Shown one piece after another: positions 1-12,312 of a DNA stretch of 64,000 nt. How positions within the stretch are numbered: the first letter of the stretch is position 1; every line of letters starts with the position of its first letter. The position numbers and the translations under genes are program-made. The stretch is from NCBI RefSeq assembly GCF_009914755.1, contig NC_060930.1; one strand, written 5' to 3'. Under the pieces are notes generated by a model. It saw nothing but the letters and a program-made list of their open reading frames with translations, was not told the DNA's origin and ran no database searches. The DNA is from the human T2T-CHM13v2.0 reference genome, Homo sapiens.

Positions 1-297
1 GAAACCGCTGGATGAGCCATTCTTTCTTCTTTCTCTTCTCTTACTCACTTTTCACGACCAATGCATAGAAACAGACAACAGTGGTATTTAAAGCTAAACC
101 TGGAGAACAAATCTTTGGAAATAATAGCAGATCTTCCCACAGAGGTTTCGAATTAGGGTGTCTTAGAGAGAACCAGTAAAGGATTGATGTAGTTTTAGAA
201 CTCAAAAACAGAGAAAAACACACCAAACCAAAAGTAATTCTCCCCAAGGAAAAAAATACTAACATAAAGTTCTTTGCTATGCTTTTATTTTCAAGCA

Positions 298-528
298 AAC
301 AATTATTGAGTGCTTTCTATATGCCAGATATTGGTCTAAATGACGTATGTGTAACTTATAACAATCCTGTATTGAAGGGTCTATTATTTGTGTTTAACAC
401 ATAATTGATACCAAAAGATGAAGTAACTTTCACCAAGTCCTGTAACTTACCAGTGATGGAGCCAGAATTTGAACCAGACAGACTTGGTTCCAGAACAGAA
501 ACCCTGAACTCCTGCCCCATGTTGCTTA
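298..528 (-). mobile_element. MIR SINE remnant
   Basis: Diverged reverse-complement MIR core: ttattgagtgctttctatatgccag ... aagtaactttcaccaagtc ... ggagccagaatttgaacc. Confidence 0.7.
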
Positions 529-655
529 CCATTTGTGAGGCTGGAGGAGGGACAAGTCCAAGCCTGCCAGTCTGCCTTCCACTCTCTCTGACTGCATTTT
601 CTAAAAATGAATTATGCAGACAATACCCCCTTAACAAACTGGAAATCCCTTTTAA

Positions 656-958
<303 letters not shown>

Positions 959-1049
959 TTAATCTTTTTTTACAGGGAAGAAAATTATTAGCAAATCAAC
1001 CTCCAACTTTTCAGGATCACCTAGGCTAGTCCTTTTTTCAGATATAAAT

Positions 1050-2600
1050 GACTAAGTAAAAATCATTAGCTACTAAGTGGGGGGGAAAAAACCCCACACA
1101 AACACGAAAGGGAAGAATGAAGAGAAATAGATCCAATGAATTACCCCACAGAGAAATGATTATTTAATGTAAGAACAAAATGAAAATAAAATTTTCCTGA
1201 ATTATCAGAAAAATTCAAGAGAACGTTTTATCCATAGAATGAATAGATGCTTCTGTGGAAAAGGAACAAACTGCAGAACAGACAAGGAGATGGTGATAGA
1301 AATTTAAAATTTTAAGTTAGTAGGAGGCTGAAAAATAAAATGGAATTTCAGAAGAACAAATATGTAATCTGGAAGAAAAAAATGTAGAGATTCTCTTAGA
1401 ATAGGGAAAAAGACAAATTTATAAAAATTTCATAAATGATAAAAAAAACCAAAAGGAAATGGATCAGGGAAGAAAAAATTATAAATGTGCAACATCCACT
1501 TATTAGGGACTCCAGGAAAATTAATTGACCCCATCCCTACAAAAATATGTATTACTAGAATGAAAAGCTCAATACTTACAGAGTGAGATGAATGAATAAA
1601 AAGTTCACACCTAGTTGTTAAGTTGTTAACATTTAACAATTGCAAAAATCAAGTTAAAAATTTACCGCAGTTGGAAAACAAAAATAAACTAGAGAATATA
1701 CACTCAAACAGGTCATCCCCCATATAAAGATAACTATGAGCTTTAAATTGACTTTAGGAATGCAAGATATCAAAACAGTTTGAAGCAAGGCATTCAAAGG
1801 CTTGGAAAAAATGATTTTGAAGATTGATTTATAGACCTATTTAACTCATTAATGAATAATGAGAACAAAATACATTTTTATGTACACAGAAAATAAATGT
1901 TGACATCTATATACTATTTAAGGAAAACATACTCAAATATATACTACAGCATATTGAACAAATAGCCTAAGAGAAAAAGATATGAAGTATATGAAGCAAC
2001 GATCTTAACTCATTATTTCAATGAAGAGACATCTGAAGAGGACAGCTGTGCATGGTCTGAGAAAATAATCTTGTTTAAACTAAAACAGGAAGTTGGAAGT
2101 TTCCATGAATAATAAATATCTTTAATGAGAAAGTGAAGTAAAATCAGGAGGCCAGCTCTTCTTGCATCATTTCCTTCAACAATGAAACAGGCGGAATTGC
2201 AAGTTAAAGCTAAGAAAAAACAATAACAAAACCAGCTATGATCTTAGTAGAAAACAAAATATTTTGAAAAATCAAAAGGATCATGCATCTGACATTGATA
2301 CTCTGAAAATTCCCCTTTGAAGAGCAAAGTTTAAGGATTTAGATTATAGTTCCTTCTCTATGTAACCAATTGTACTACTTATAGTACAAAGAAAAATATT
2401 TGCATACTTATAAATGTTTACCACTGAATATATTATAGTACATATTGAGAATCAAAGATATTGTTTAATGTTGCTAAATCAAAGAAACATGACATACAAG
2501 GAGAACAGAAGCATATTAAGTAGAGAAGAAGTTATAATCTTAAAAATAATTAAATTTGAAATTATAAAACTTTAGGCATAGAGGTACTAATAGGCTAAAG
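1050..2600 (+). mobile_element. Ancient L1M/HAL1-like ORF1-region remnant
   Basis: A-rich sense strand with degenerate ORF1-type motifs (tgcaacatccacttattagggactccagg; gcaaggcattcaaaggcttggaaaaaatgattttg). Boundaries approximate. Confidence 0.5.
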
Positions 2601-2839
2601 TGTGAGTCTTCTCATTTTATACTGTTTTCCCAACTGAATTTCTAAGTACATGAATGTACTCAAACAGGCATTTTAGATAATATGATATATATTTGTATAT
2701 ATAAAATATCTTTTATATATTAATATATAAAATTCACATTAATTTTGTATCGATTAATAATTTAATTAATTAAAAGATATATCTTTATATATTTTTTTCT
2801 CATCTAGATAATTATGTGGGTAATAAAATGCAGAATACT

Positions 2840-4685
2840 GGTCAGTATAATTTCAAGAGAAAAGAACTCTGCCTTAAACAAAACAGGGAATGCATTGGCT
2901 CATGTAATTGATATGTCCAGAGATAAATGTGCTGCACCCGGTTTCTCATATGTTGTCATCCGTTCCTGACTGATATGGTTTGGCTCTGTGTCCCCACCCA
3001 AATCTCATCTTGAATTGTAATAATCTCTATGTGTCAAAGGTGGAATCTGGTGGAGATAATTGAATCATAGGGGTGGTTTCCCCTATGCTATTCTTGTGAT
3101 AGTGAGTGAGTTCTTAAGAGATCTGATGATTTTATAAGGGGCTTCCCCCTTTGCTCTGCACTCATTCTCTCTCCTGCTGCCCTGTGAAGAGATGCCTTCT
3201 GCTGTAATTGTAAGTTTCCTGAGGCCTCCCCAGGCATGTGGAACTGTGAGTCAATTAGATCTTTCTTTATAAATTATGCAGTCTCTGATATGTCCTTATA
3301 GTAGCATGAGAATGGACTAATACAGTAAATTGGTACTGCAGAGAGTGTGGTGCTGCTACAAAGATACCTGAAAATGTGGAAGCGACTTTGGAACTGGGCA
3401 ACAGGCAGAAGTTGGAACAGTTTGGAGGGCGCAGAAGACAGGAAGATGTGGGAAAGTTTGGAACTTCCTAGAGACTTATTGAATGACTTTGACCAAATTG
3501 CTGATTGTGATATGGACAATGAAGTCCAGGCAGAAGTGGTCTCAGATGGAGCTGAGGAACTTGTTGGAAACTGAAGAAAAGGTCACTCTTGCTATGCAAA
3601 AAGACCAGCAATGTTTTAGCAAAGAGACTGGCAGCATTTTGCTCCTGCCCTAGAGATCTGTGGAACTTTGAACTTCAGAGGGATGATTTAAAGTATCTGG
3701 CAGAAAAAAATGTCTAAGTAGCAAAGCATTCAAGAGGAAGCAGAGCATAAAAATTTGGAAAATTTGTAGCCTGATGATGCAATATAAAAGAAAAACCCAT
3801 TTTCTAAGGAGAAATTAAAGCCTGCTGCAAAAATTTGCATAAGTAACAAGGAGCCAAATGTTAATCACCAAGACAATGCAGAAAATGTCTCCAGGGCATG
3901 TCAGAGACCTTCATGGCAGCCCCTCCCATCATAGGCCTGGAGGCCTAGAAAGGAAAAATGGTTACCTGGATTGGGTAGAGAGCCTCCACTATGGGCAGGG
4001 ACTTTCTCCTTTGCTCAGAACTCATTTTCTCTCCTGCCTCATTCTCTCTCCTGCCTCATTCTCTCTCCTGCCACTCTGTGAAGAGATGCCCTCCACCATG
4101 ACTGTAAGTTTCCTGAGGCCTCCCAGCCATGTGGAACTGTGAGTCAATTAAACCTCTTTCTTTATATATTACCCAGTCTCTGGTATGTCCTTATAGCAGA
4201 GTGAGCATGGACTAATACACTGATTCAGCTTATCTTAGTATACATTTTTATTCTCAAGCAGGATGTGTCCTTATGGTGGCAAAATGGTCAACAACTTCAA
4301 GCTTTGTTCAGCCCTAAATTCCAACAGTTCCTTAATAATCCAGTATTTCCATAAATATTCTCAACACTGCCTCTTCTTAACTTGGTAGAAATAACAGCTG
4401 ACATGTATTAATTATTTACTATTTGCTTGATACTGTTCTAAGTCTTAGGGACCATAAATAATTAGCACAGGCCTGTATTGCTAGAGAGTGTTGGTGCTGA
4501 GATTTGAACACATGTCTAAATTTACTCCAAATTTAGTGATTTTAACTAATATTCCATATACTTATTTTTCAAACAATTACTGTAATCTATTGACCAGACC
4601 TGGGTCAGTTGTTCACCTCAGTGGTGAGGTCAGCACTATTGAACCATATAGACTAAGAGTGGAGTAGGATGGTTTTTCCAAAATT
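2840..4685 (-). mobile_element. Old MLT1 (J/K-like) MaLR LTR fragments, interrupted by the THE1D element and a MIR (~4390-4560)
   Basis: cattggctcatgtaattgatatgtccag (~2893), tggtggcaaaatggtc (~4274) and ttgaccagacctgggtca (~4590) resemble MLT1J/K blocks in the expected order. Confidence 0.45.
2971..4219 (+). mobile_element. THE1D-like MaLR provirus with internal deletion (5' LTR 2971-3324, partial internal 3325-~3965, 3' half of 3' LTR to 4219)
   Basis: LTR termini tgatatggtttggctctgtgtcccc...ctaataca. Internal region starts gtaaattggtactgc; ORF 3347-3574 is MaLR internal-type. TSD ctgac/ctgat. Confidence 0.9.
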
Positions 4686-6159
4686 GCTAGGCTGATTAAA
4701 AAGTACTTCACACTAGCTTCAAAGAAAGATAGAAGAAACAGAGGAAAGTATGATGCTATAAAAAGAGACTAATAAATAAGAGAGACAAAGACAGAGAGAA
4801 AGAGAGGAGAGAAAAACAAGTAGATAAGTCTGGTTTTCAAAAGGCCTTTGTCTTTTTGATTCCAGACCTTATGGACAGAGATCCCCTTCTGACGTTAGTT
4901 CAGTCAAATAATAGATCCCCTTGTTATCTAGTATTATTTTTCTTTTGCTTATGCTAGTTGAATGAGTTTCTGGGTTTTAAAGCCAGAGTGTTGATTACAT
5001 TATTATAAAATGTTTTCAAATTTATAAACTTGTAAGTCATATGCCTTTTTGCATAGTATATAAGATCTGATATTTGCATGTGTGTTTCAGGACTTCAGTA
5101 ATAAAAAGTTAAAAATGAAAGGAAACAATAAAAAATGCTATCCCTGTGTAGTAAGACAAAAGTTATTCTTAATTCCTTCTTTATTTTCTAAATCATTTTT
5201 TGATTTTTCATTTTCTATATCATTTTGTGTCTTTTATGCTCAGAAAAAATTATAACAAAATGTTTTACTATGATTTTGCATATTTATAAGAGCCAGGTAC
5301 CATTGGTAATGCTCATTTATTGTACTGTGGGCCAGGACAATGAATGCCAGGAAAGTCCCCTAAGAAAATATTGCAAATATATGCCATCATAAAATGAACA
5401 AGGCAAGAGAATGTGGGTGACCCTTTATAACCCATTACCAATACAAGGAAAAAACAGGCACAACATGCCTACCTGTAAGTAAAAAACAAAACGTGACACT
5501 CGATATATAAAATAACAGTGTATGACAATAAGTTGTCTTGTGTTTTTCAGCATTTGAACCAAACAGCTATATGTAACTATCCTGAAATCCAACTCTCATT
5601 TATTTGCTAGGAGATCTCGTACAGGTTGCTTTGGTTTTTTTACATCTTACTTCTTTCCATCCATGAAGGTAGATCTTTAGAATTGTCATGAAGATTAAGG
5701 AAGATAAAACATATAGGATATACATACTTCGTTTAGAATAAGCTCTTAGAAATTTTTGTTGTTTAATTTTCATGAGATGGAGTAAAAGAATAAGTAGCAA
5801 TTTATTCATATTCAATCCTTTAGTAGAAAAAATTATCCAGCAGTAACCTATGTCAGGTAATTTTGCCACATATATGTTTTTTATATACCAAACAAAAGAC
5901 AAAAGTAATGTTTTGTGTTATGCATTATTTTATTTGTGAATTCCAGGTTTAGAATTACACCAAGATACAGACAGAGGCAGGAGATGTGAGGATGGAAGAG
6001 AAGAACATAAAAGAAAAAAGCAGAGAAAGATTCTGAATAAGTCCACGTGAAGATGCCCTGCTTTTAGTTATATGGCAAATTTGACCTTTAACTTCGCTAA
6101 TGCAAAGGGAAACTCTAAATATTTATCTTATACATGCACTTTATTTGCTATCTTCTTTG

Positions 6160-6520
6160 ACTATGTTTGTGCAATCTACCATACTTTATCACTTGGATTA
6201 TCTTATTATCTCCTTAACAAATTCCTCCATACCCATTCTTAGTCCTTCTAAGTCCTTCTCTATATCTGCAGTGATCTCAAAATGGAAATATGTCATTTCC
6301 CCAGCTTAAAATGCTTTGTTTAAGAGTGCAAAACACTCATTAACATAAAGTCTCTGCATTATCTGGTCCCTACTGTACGGTTTCTCTTTTCTTTCTTTAT
6401 ATAATGTGCTCCTTCACTTTAAGGGATATGTACTCTATGCCTCTCAGCCCCAAGGGTTTTGTGCACCAAATGAACATTGCTTATTTCTGAGCCCACATTT
6501 AATTAGAACAACTTAATCAT
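6160..6520 (+). mobile_element. L2 LINE remnant
   Basis: ctaccatactttatcacttggattatc...ctccttaac...gtcatttccccagcttaaaatgc resembles the L2 3' region. Confidence 0.55.
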
Positions 6521-7189
6521 ATTTCCAATAGATCTTCATCCCCAAGAAGTCAGGCATGGTCTCTGAGGACACTCAGATCATCTCTGTTTTTTTTGTTTGT
6601 TTGTTTGTTTTTTCTCTCTGTGATATTGCGGCCTCTTAGGCAAATTAAATATACAAGATGCAGCTACAAAGATCTAAACAGCTTGATCAAGGATTCAGCG
6701 TTACCCACATAATTATTTAATATTGAATCATCTCCATTTCTAGATATAAAATGAAAATGAGAAAACTTTCAGAAAAAATAAAAGTGAAATAATTATTTTT
6801 GAAGTGCCTAATATAATATATCCAGTGATGGAAGTAGAAAATAAAACTCTAATACTGGTAGCATGAAGGAAAGTACAAAGCACAGTAGAACATCTATAAG
6901 GAAAATGAATTAAAGTGAGTGGCAATCTGACTACACATCTGGTGAAGGTGGAATTTTGAAAGAAGTGGAGTTTACACAGCATTGGCTCATTATATAGTTC
7001 AGAGTGTAATATCTCAAAAGCAAATTTTGAATAACTCAGATATGTGGCCAAAATTAAAATAAGCATATTTCTCCTTTGAAAAGCACAGCTGTGGTATTTA
7101 AAGATGAATTATAGATCTTGTGTTCCAAAGTATACGAGAATTACAGTCAACACAGCTTCAAAACATAAACTGGGTATAAATAAAAGGAA

Positions 7190-7975
7190 ACAATCAAGCA
7201 TTTATTCTGCTTTTCTTATATGATCTGTAGAATTGGGTGACCAAAGAGTAGAGGAAGGAATGTGGCTCCTTACAGAAATATTTCAATGAACAGATAAAAG
7301 AAGAATGACAGACAGAATATAGTATCAACATTTTGCAAATCCTAAGGAATAAAAAAGATCCAAGTACTGAACTTTAAGAGCTTCTAACTTTATCAAAAGT
7401 GACAATTTGTCATTGAATCCCTCCTATGACTCCTCATGAGGGGCACACACCAAGTAGGAAGTAAATTTACCTAAAAAATAACATAAATACAAAATAAAGC
7501 TAGCCTGAGTTTAAGTCTCTAGATATGACTACCAATTATCAGAAAAGGCAGAGGAACGTGTTAAACTATACAGGAACGCAATCAGCAAAATCCAGCCTGT
7601 GAAAATTGACAGGACACATGACTCTGGCTCTTTCATAAACAGATTTCAGAAAAGACAAGTGATGCAGAGGGATCCTATAAATTTAAAAATACTTTAAAAA
7701 ATAACAAGCAAAACTGAACGTCAGTGTCTATGGAAGCACAATTGGACAATAAAATAAGGAGGCAATTAAAAGTCAGGAGGGCAATTCTTAGTGGAAAGAA
7801 AAGAGCTGTGATTGAGGAAGCAGACAGCACTGTCCTGAGGAAGCTGGTGAGGTTTACTTCCTGACATAAGTGAGAGTTACAAGAGTGTACACCTTTTGGT
7901 AATTTAGTAACCTACCCATTTGTTTTATGAAGCTTTCTATATTTCTTATTTAACGGTAAGAATTATTAAAAAGCA
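7190..7975 (+). mobile_element. Old L1MC/L1ME 3' end
   Basis: aagtctctagatatgactaccaatt...gaggaacgtgttaaactatacaggaacgcaatcagcaaaatccag, followed by an L1M-type 3' terminus. Confidence 0.65.
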
Positions 7976-8870
7976 AATCAAAACAAATTCTAGAGCCAAA
8001 GACAGATAGAGGAAACAGGTTAAGTTACTTTAATAAGCTCTGGAATTTGATATCAAATCATAGAGTAAGATAATCCTTTTATTAGCAAATTACTAAGTTC
8101 TCCTTAATAATCAATTTTGTTCTAAGAGCATAAGTTGGGTTGAAAGATATGGCATGACCCTAATACTTGTGTTAATGTTGAATTACTTTGCACTTTCAAT
8201 TTTGTTTATTTCTTTAATTGAAATGATTATTCATTAATTGAATTTTTAAAATTTGGGAAAGCTCACTGGGATAGCTGTTGGTAAAAGAGATTAAAATGAA
8301 ATATAGATAGATCGGCTACTAAGATTTTTTAAAATATACTTAACCTACCTTCACTGAGTTATGAGAATTATCTCCAGATTTAATAAAGTATCTTAAGCTC
8401 TTCATAGGAAATCATAAGAGAAATGCCTTGTGAACCATAACACTAGCAACCTTAATATATCCTGTTACCCAAATAAAACCATGTCCAGGTAACCAAAACT
8501 GCTGGATTTGTTTACATCAGGAAAACTGAGATAAATACAAACCTAAGGGAAGCAGCAGAAAAAAAATCAGAGGATGAAAATGTACCACTCTAAATGTCAT
8601 AGCAGTGCAGAAAAGCTGAGGGTGATTCTGTCTGCTAAATAGCACTAATATTTATCTAAATGTTTTCCACCTACCACTTGCATCACTTAAGACACAAATG
8701 ATCCCAAACATAGCTCTCAAATATCCTCCATTGAGTAACATGTTTATATAACAATTTCAAACTTAATATTTTATACCAAAATTAAAAATAAAATATGGCT
8801 ATCTTTTGAACAGTTTTAATGAGCAAAAACTGCCTTCATGTAGAAAATATTACATATTTAAAAATCATTC

Positions 8871-9179
<309 letters not shown>

Positions 9180-10329
9180 CTAATAAATGGTTATTTTTCT
9201 AGTAGTTTTCATCCTGAAAATTGTTTTAACTGGTTAACTCTTAAAAATATGTTTATAGCCATACTTAGACAAAACACTCCATAAACACATATTTGTTAAA
9301 CATAAACCCAATGACTCCTAAGCCAGAAAAATGTATTTTCTAACAGGAGTTTCTAAAAACAATCTTAGAGAAAGAAGGAAGGAAGTTGGTTTATAATATC
9401 CCTGGGTTCCCAGTTCAGGGAGTTGTATCTTTCAGAACATGACAGCTCATATCACACATCAGATGGTGAAGGACTTCATAGACCTTTCAGGCCAAGCACT
9501 GCTATGGGCATGTAGGCTCCAGTTTATAAACAGAAGTCCTCCATGACCCTCAGTCTCACTGAGACCTTCAGAAAACAGGCTAGTTTTTCTTTTTTCTTTT
9601 TTAATTTGGTTATTGGAAGGAAGGACTCGCAATAGCCAACATTTCAGAGGAAGCATTCCCAGTTCCTTGGCAGTTCCCTGCCCTTTCTCAGCCTGTCTTC
9701 CATCTGGAGAACTTCTTTCTCCTTTAGCTCCTGCATTTAAGAAACTGACATGCTGTAGGATGAGAAAATTTCTCAGACTAGAGAAAAACTCATTGGTGAA
9801 CTACATCAAATGAATCACCGCATATCTTGAAAAATTGTCCTTGAAACCATGGTATTAAGAACTAGATCATAACTGACAAGTCTTAAGAGAGAAGAATATA
9901 CTAAAGAGAAAAATCAAGGCACTGGTTATGAAGCACTTTGTAGTTTCTCTTTATGATTTTACTTAAAATTAAAAGTAATTATAAATTACTTATATTAATA
10001 AAAATATTATCATTAATATTGATACAAAAGTAGATAAATGTTGGATCCTAGAAAATGATTTTGAGATAAAGTTGTAGAGGCCTCACTTATTAGAGCCATT
10101 CATTAACTGTATTTATAGCTGACAGAAGGTGAAGGCATTTAACAGCTTTGGATTTTGGGGGACAAGTATGCCTTTCATTTGCTCATTGCTTCATTTCCCA
10201 CCTTCCACTCTGCTAGGTATTTTAGGAAAATATTTTTTTCAAGCTTTTTTGCCATCTGGGTTTTGACTAGTTTTGAAATGGGAGCACTGCAGGAATACTG
10301 GAGTGTGGGAAGTATTTTTCTTTCTTGTT

Positions 10330-10640
10330 CTGCCTCACAGTATATAGAAGAGGATGTACCTCCCATATGGTTCCAGATCCTACCAGGCAGCCCAGCCATA
10401 TGTCCTGGCTTCCAAATTCTGTCCATTCTATTTCCTTCCACTCTTCCTTTAACCCTTGGGTTTTCCTAGCTTCCTACTGTTGCTAATCCGGGTTGTCTAA
10501 TTGCTTCAAATTGTCTAATTGAATTCTCAGTTCTTTCTTCACCTGTGTATCAAATTTAGACAAATTTACCCTTATTAAATTATCTTTACTTGGAAAATCT
10601 AGCATGCTTTCCATTTTCTGAGCAGAACCAAAGGGATGCA
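10330..10640 (+). mobile_element. LTR33-like ERVL LTR remnant
   Basis: ttccagatcctaccaggcagccc...cttcctactgttgctaatc.gggttg...attaaatt...ctagcatgctttccattttc. Confidence 0.5.
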
Positions 10641-11074
10641 GGACATGTTGAAAGAACATGTGCTGTCTGCATTTAATGAGAAGACGTCCAAACTTGCACA
10701 GATGTCAGACTGCTTTGGAATTATTCAGCTTATTTCCTCTTCCAATCCTCGCAGTCCTGATGCAGATCTATGTCAGCATGACCACAGCACTTTCCTGGGG
10801 AAGAAGAAAACAATGAAGGGTGCATATCCCACAGGAATGCTACCGTCCACAGCAGCTGTGCTTTGTTTGCACTCACACATAAACCATGGTGGAAGACAGA
10901 ATCCAGGCACAGAAAAAAGTTTGATGGAGGAAGCTCAAGGCCCTGTAAATATTCCATGATGAAAAGAAAAAAGAAAAATACATATATTTAATTGCAAAAT
11001 AATTCCATATATCATGAAATTGTATGATGGTAATGTATTACCAAAAATAGAAGCACTCCACAGAGCATCAGAAA

Positions 11075-11235
11075 GATGCAGCAATATAGAGTTGCCTGGA
11101 TTCAAGTCCTAGTTTTGTTCTTCCCTTCTTGTATGAACACTGACAGCCAGAAAATAGCATTGAACCTCAATCTCCTCATGTGTGGACCAGGAATAATAGT
11201 AATACCTACCTTACAAGGATGCCCTGTTAGTTAAT
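11075..11235 (+). mobile_element. MIR SINE remnant
   Basis: tgcctggattcaagtcctag...cctcaatctcctcatgtgt...aataatagtaatacctacc. Confidence 0.7.
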
Positions 11236-11278
11236 CATCACATCAACTCGACAGTTGTGCAGTGTTGCTTTTGTTTTA

Positions 11279-11592
<314 letters not shown>

Positions 11593-11897
11593 TGAGCAGG
11601 CAGTGAATTTTCTCAGTGCACAAATAATCACGTTTATTGCCTCGGCCAGCCTTTCTGTGAGAACAGAGTAGGTAGCTGAGCAAGTTAATGAGATTTTGAA
11701 TATACAAAAGTAGCCTCAGAGCCACCGGGGCTATCAAGCTAAATAAGATGACAGGAGGGTGTTGAAGGACCCCAGGAGACCAGCAACATGGGAGAAAGCT
11801 GTGGCAGAGAAGTGATTGAAAGAAAAACCAGTGGTGAAGTAGCGGGAGACTTCAGAGGAGGGAAATCCATCTGATTTAAGGTTTTTTGCTTTGCCCT

Positions 11898-12312
11898 TGT
11901 CATTCCGGCCCCTTTTAACTTCTATAGGGATGGCACCAGGTTCAGGAGGCCAAAGAAGAGAAGTGGAGCCAGCAAAAGAGACATATGGCTTTACTGGGGG
12001 CTTCATACAGGGAAGAGAGTCCAGTGGCAGGGGGTTGGGCAGAAGAACTCGAATCGCTTGTAAAAAGCATGCAGTTTATATAGCATTTTCACTTACCATC
12101 CTCCCCAGAAGAACCTCCACCTGGCAACCTTCATTTAATCCACAACAAAGGGGCTCAGTCCCCTGTATGCTCTGTATTCCACGAGCCAGGGATTCAGGTT
12201 GTTGGCCACTCCTGGATTTTTTTAGCTCGGAACTCCGAACACACACGTCTGCCACACAGGGTCATTCTCAGGATATGCTTTAAGTTACTGTTGTCAGGTG
12301 CATTTACCATAC
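11898..12312 (-). mobile_element. Solo ERV LTR (LTR47-like; family name tentative)
   Basis: Reverse strand begins gtatggtaaatgcacctgacaacagtaacttaaagcatatcctgagaatgaccctgtg, contains gctatataaactgcatgc (TATA) and ends ...gaatgaca. Confidence 0.65.

Noticed and set aside
11734-12283. 90-aa and 130-aa ORFs in a GC-richer patch
   Set aside because: Mostly within a solo LTR, with no recognisable protein similarity.
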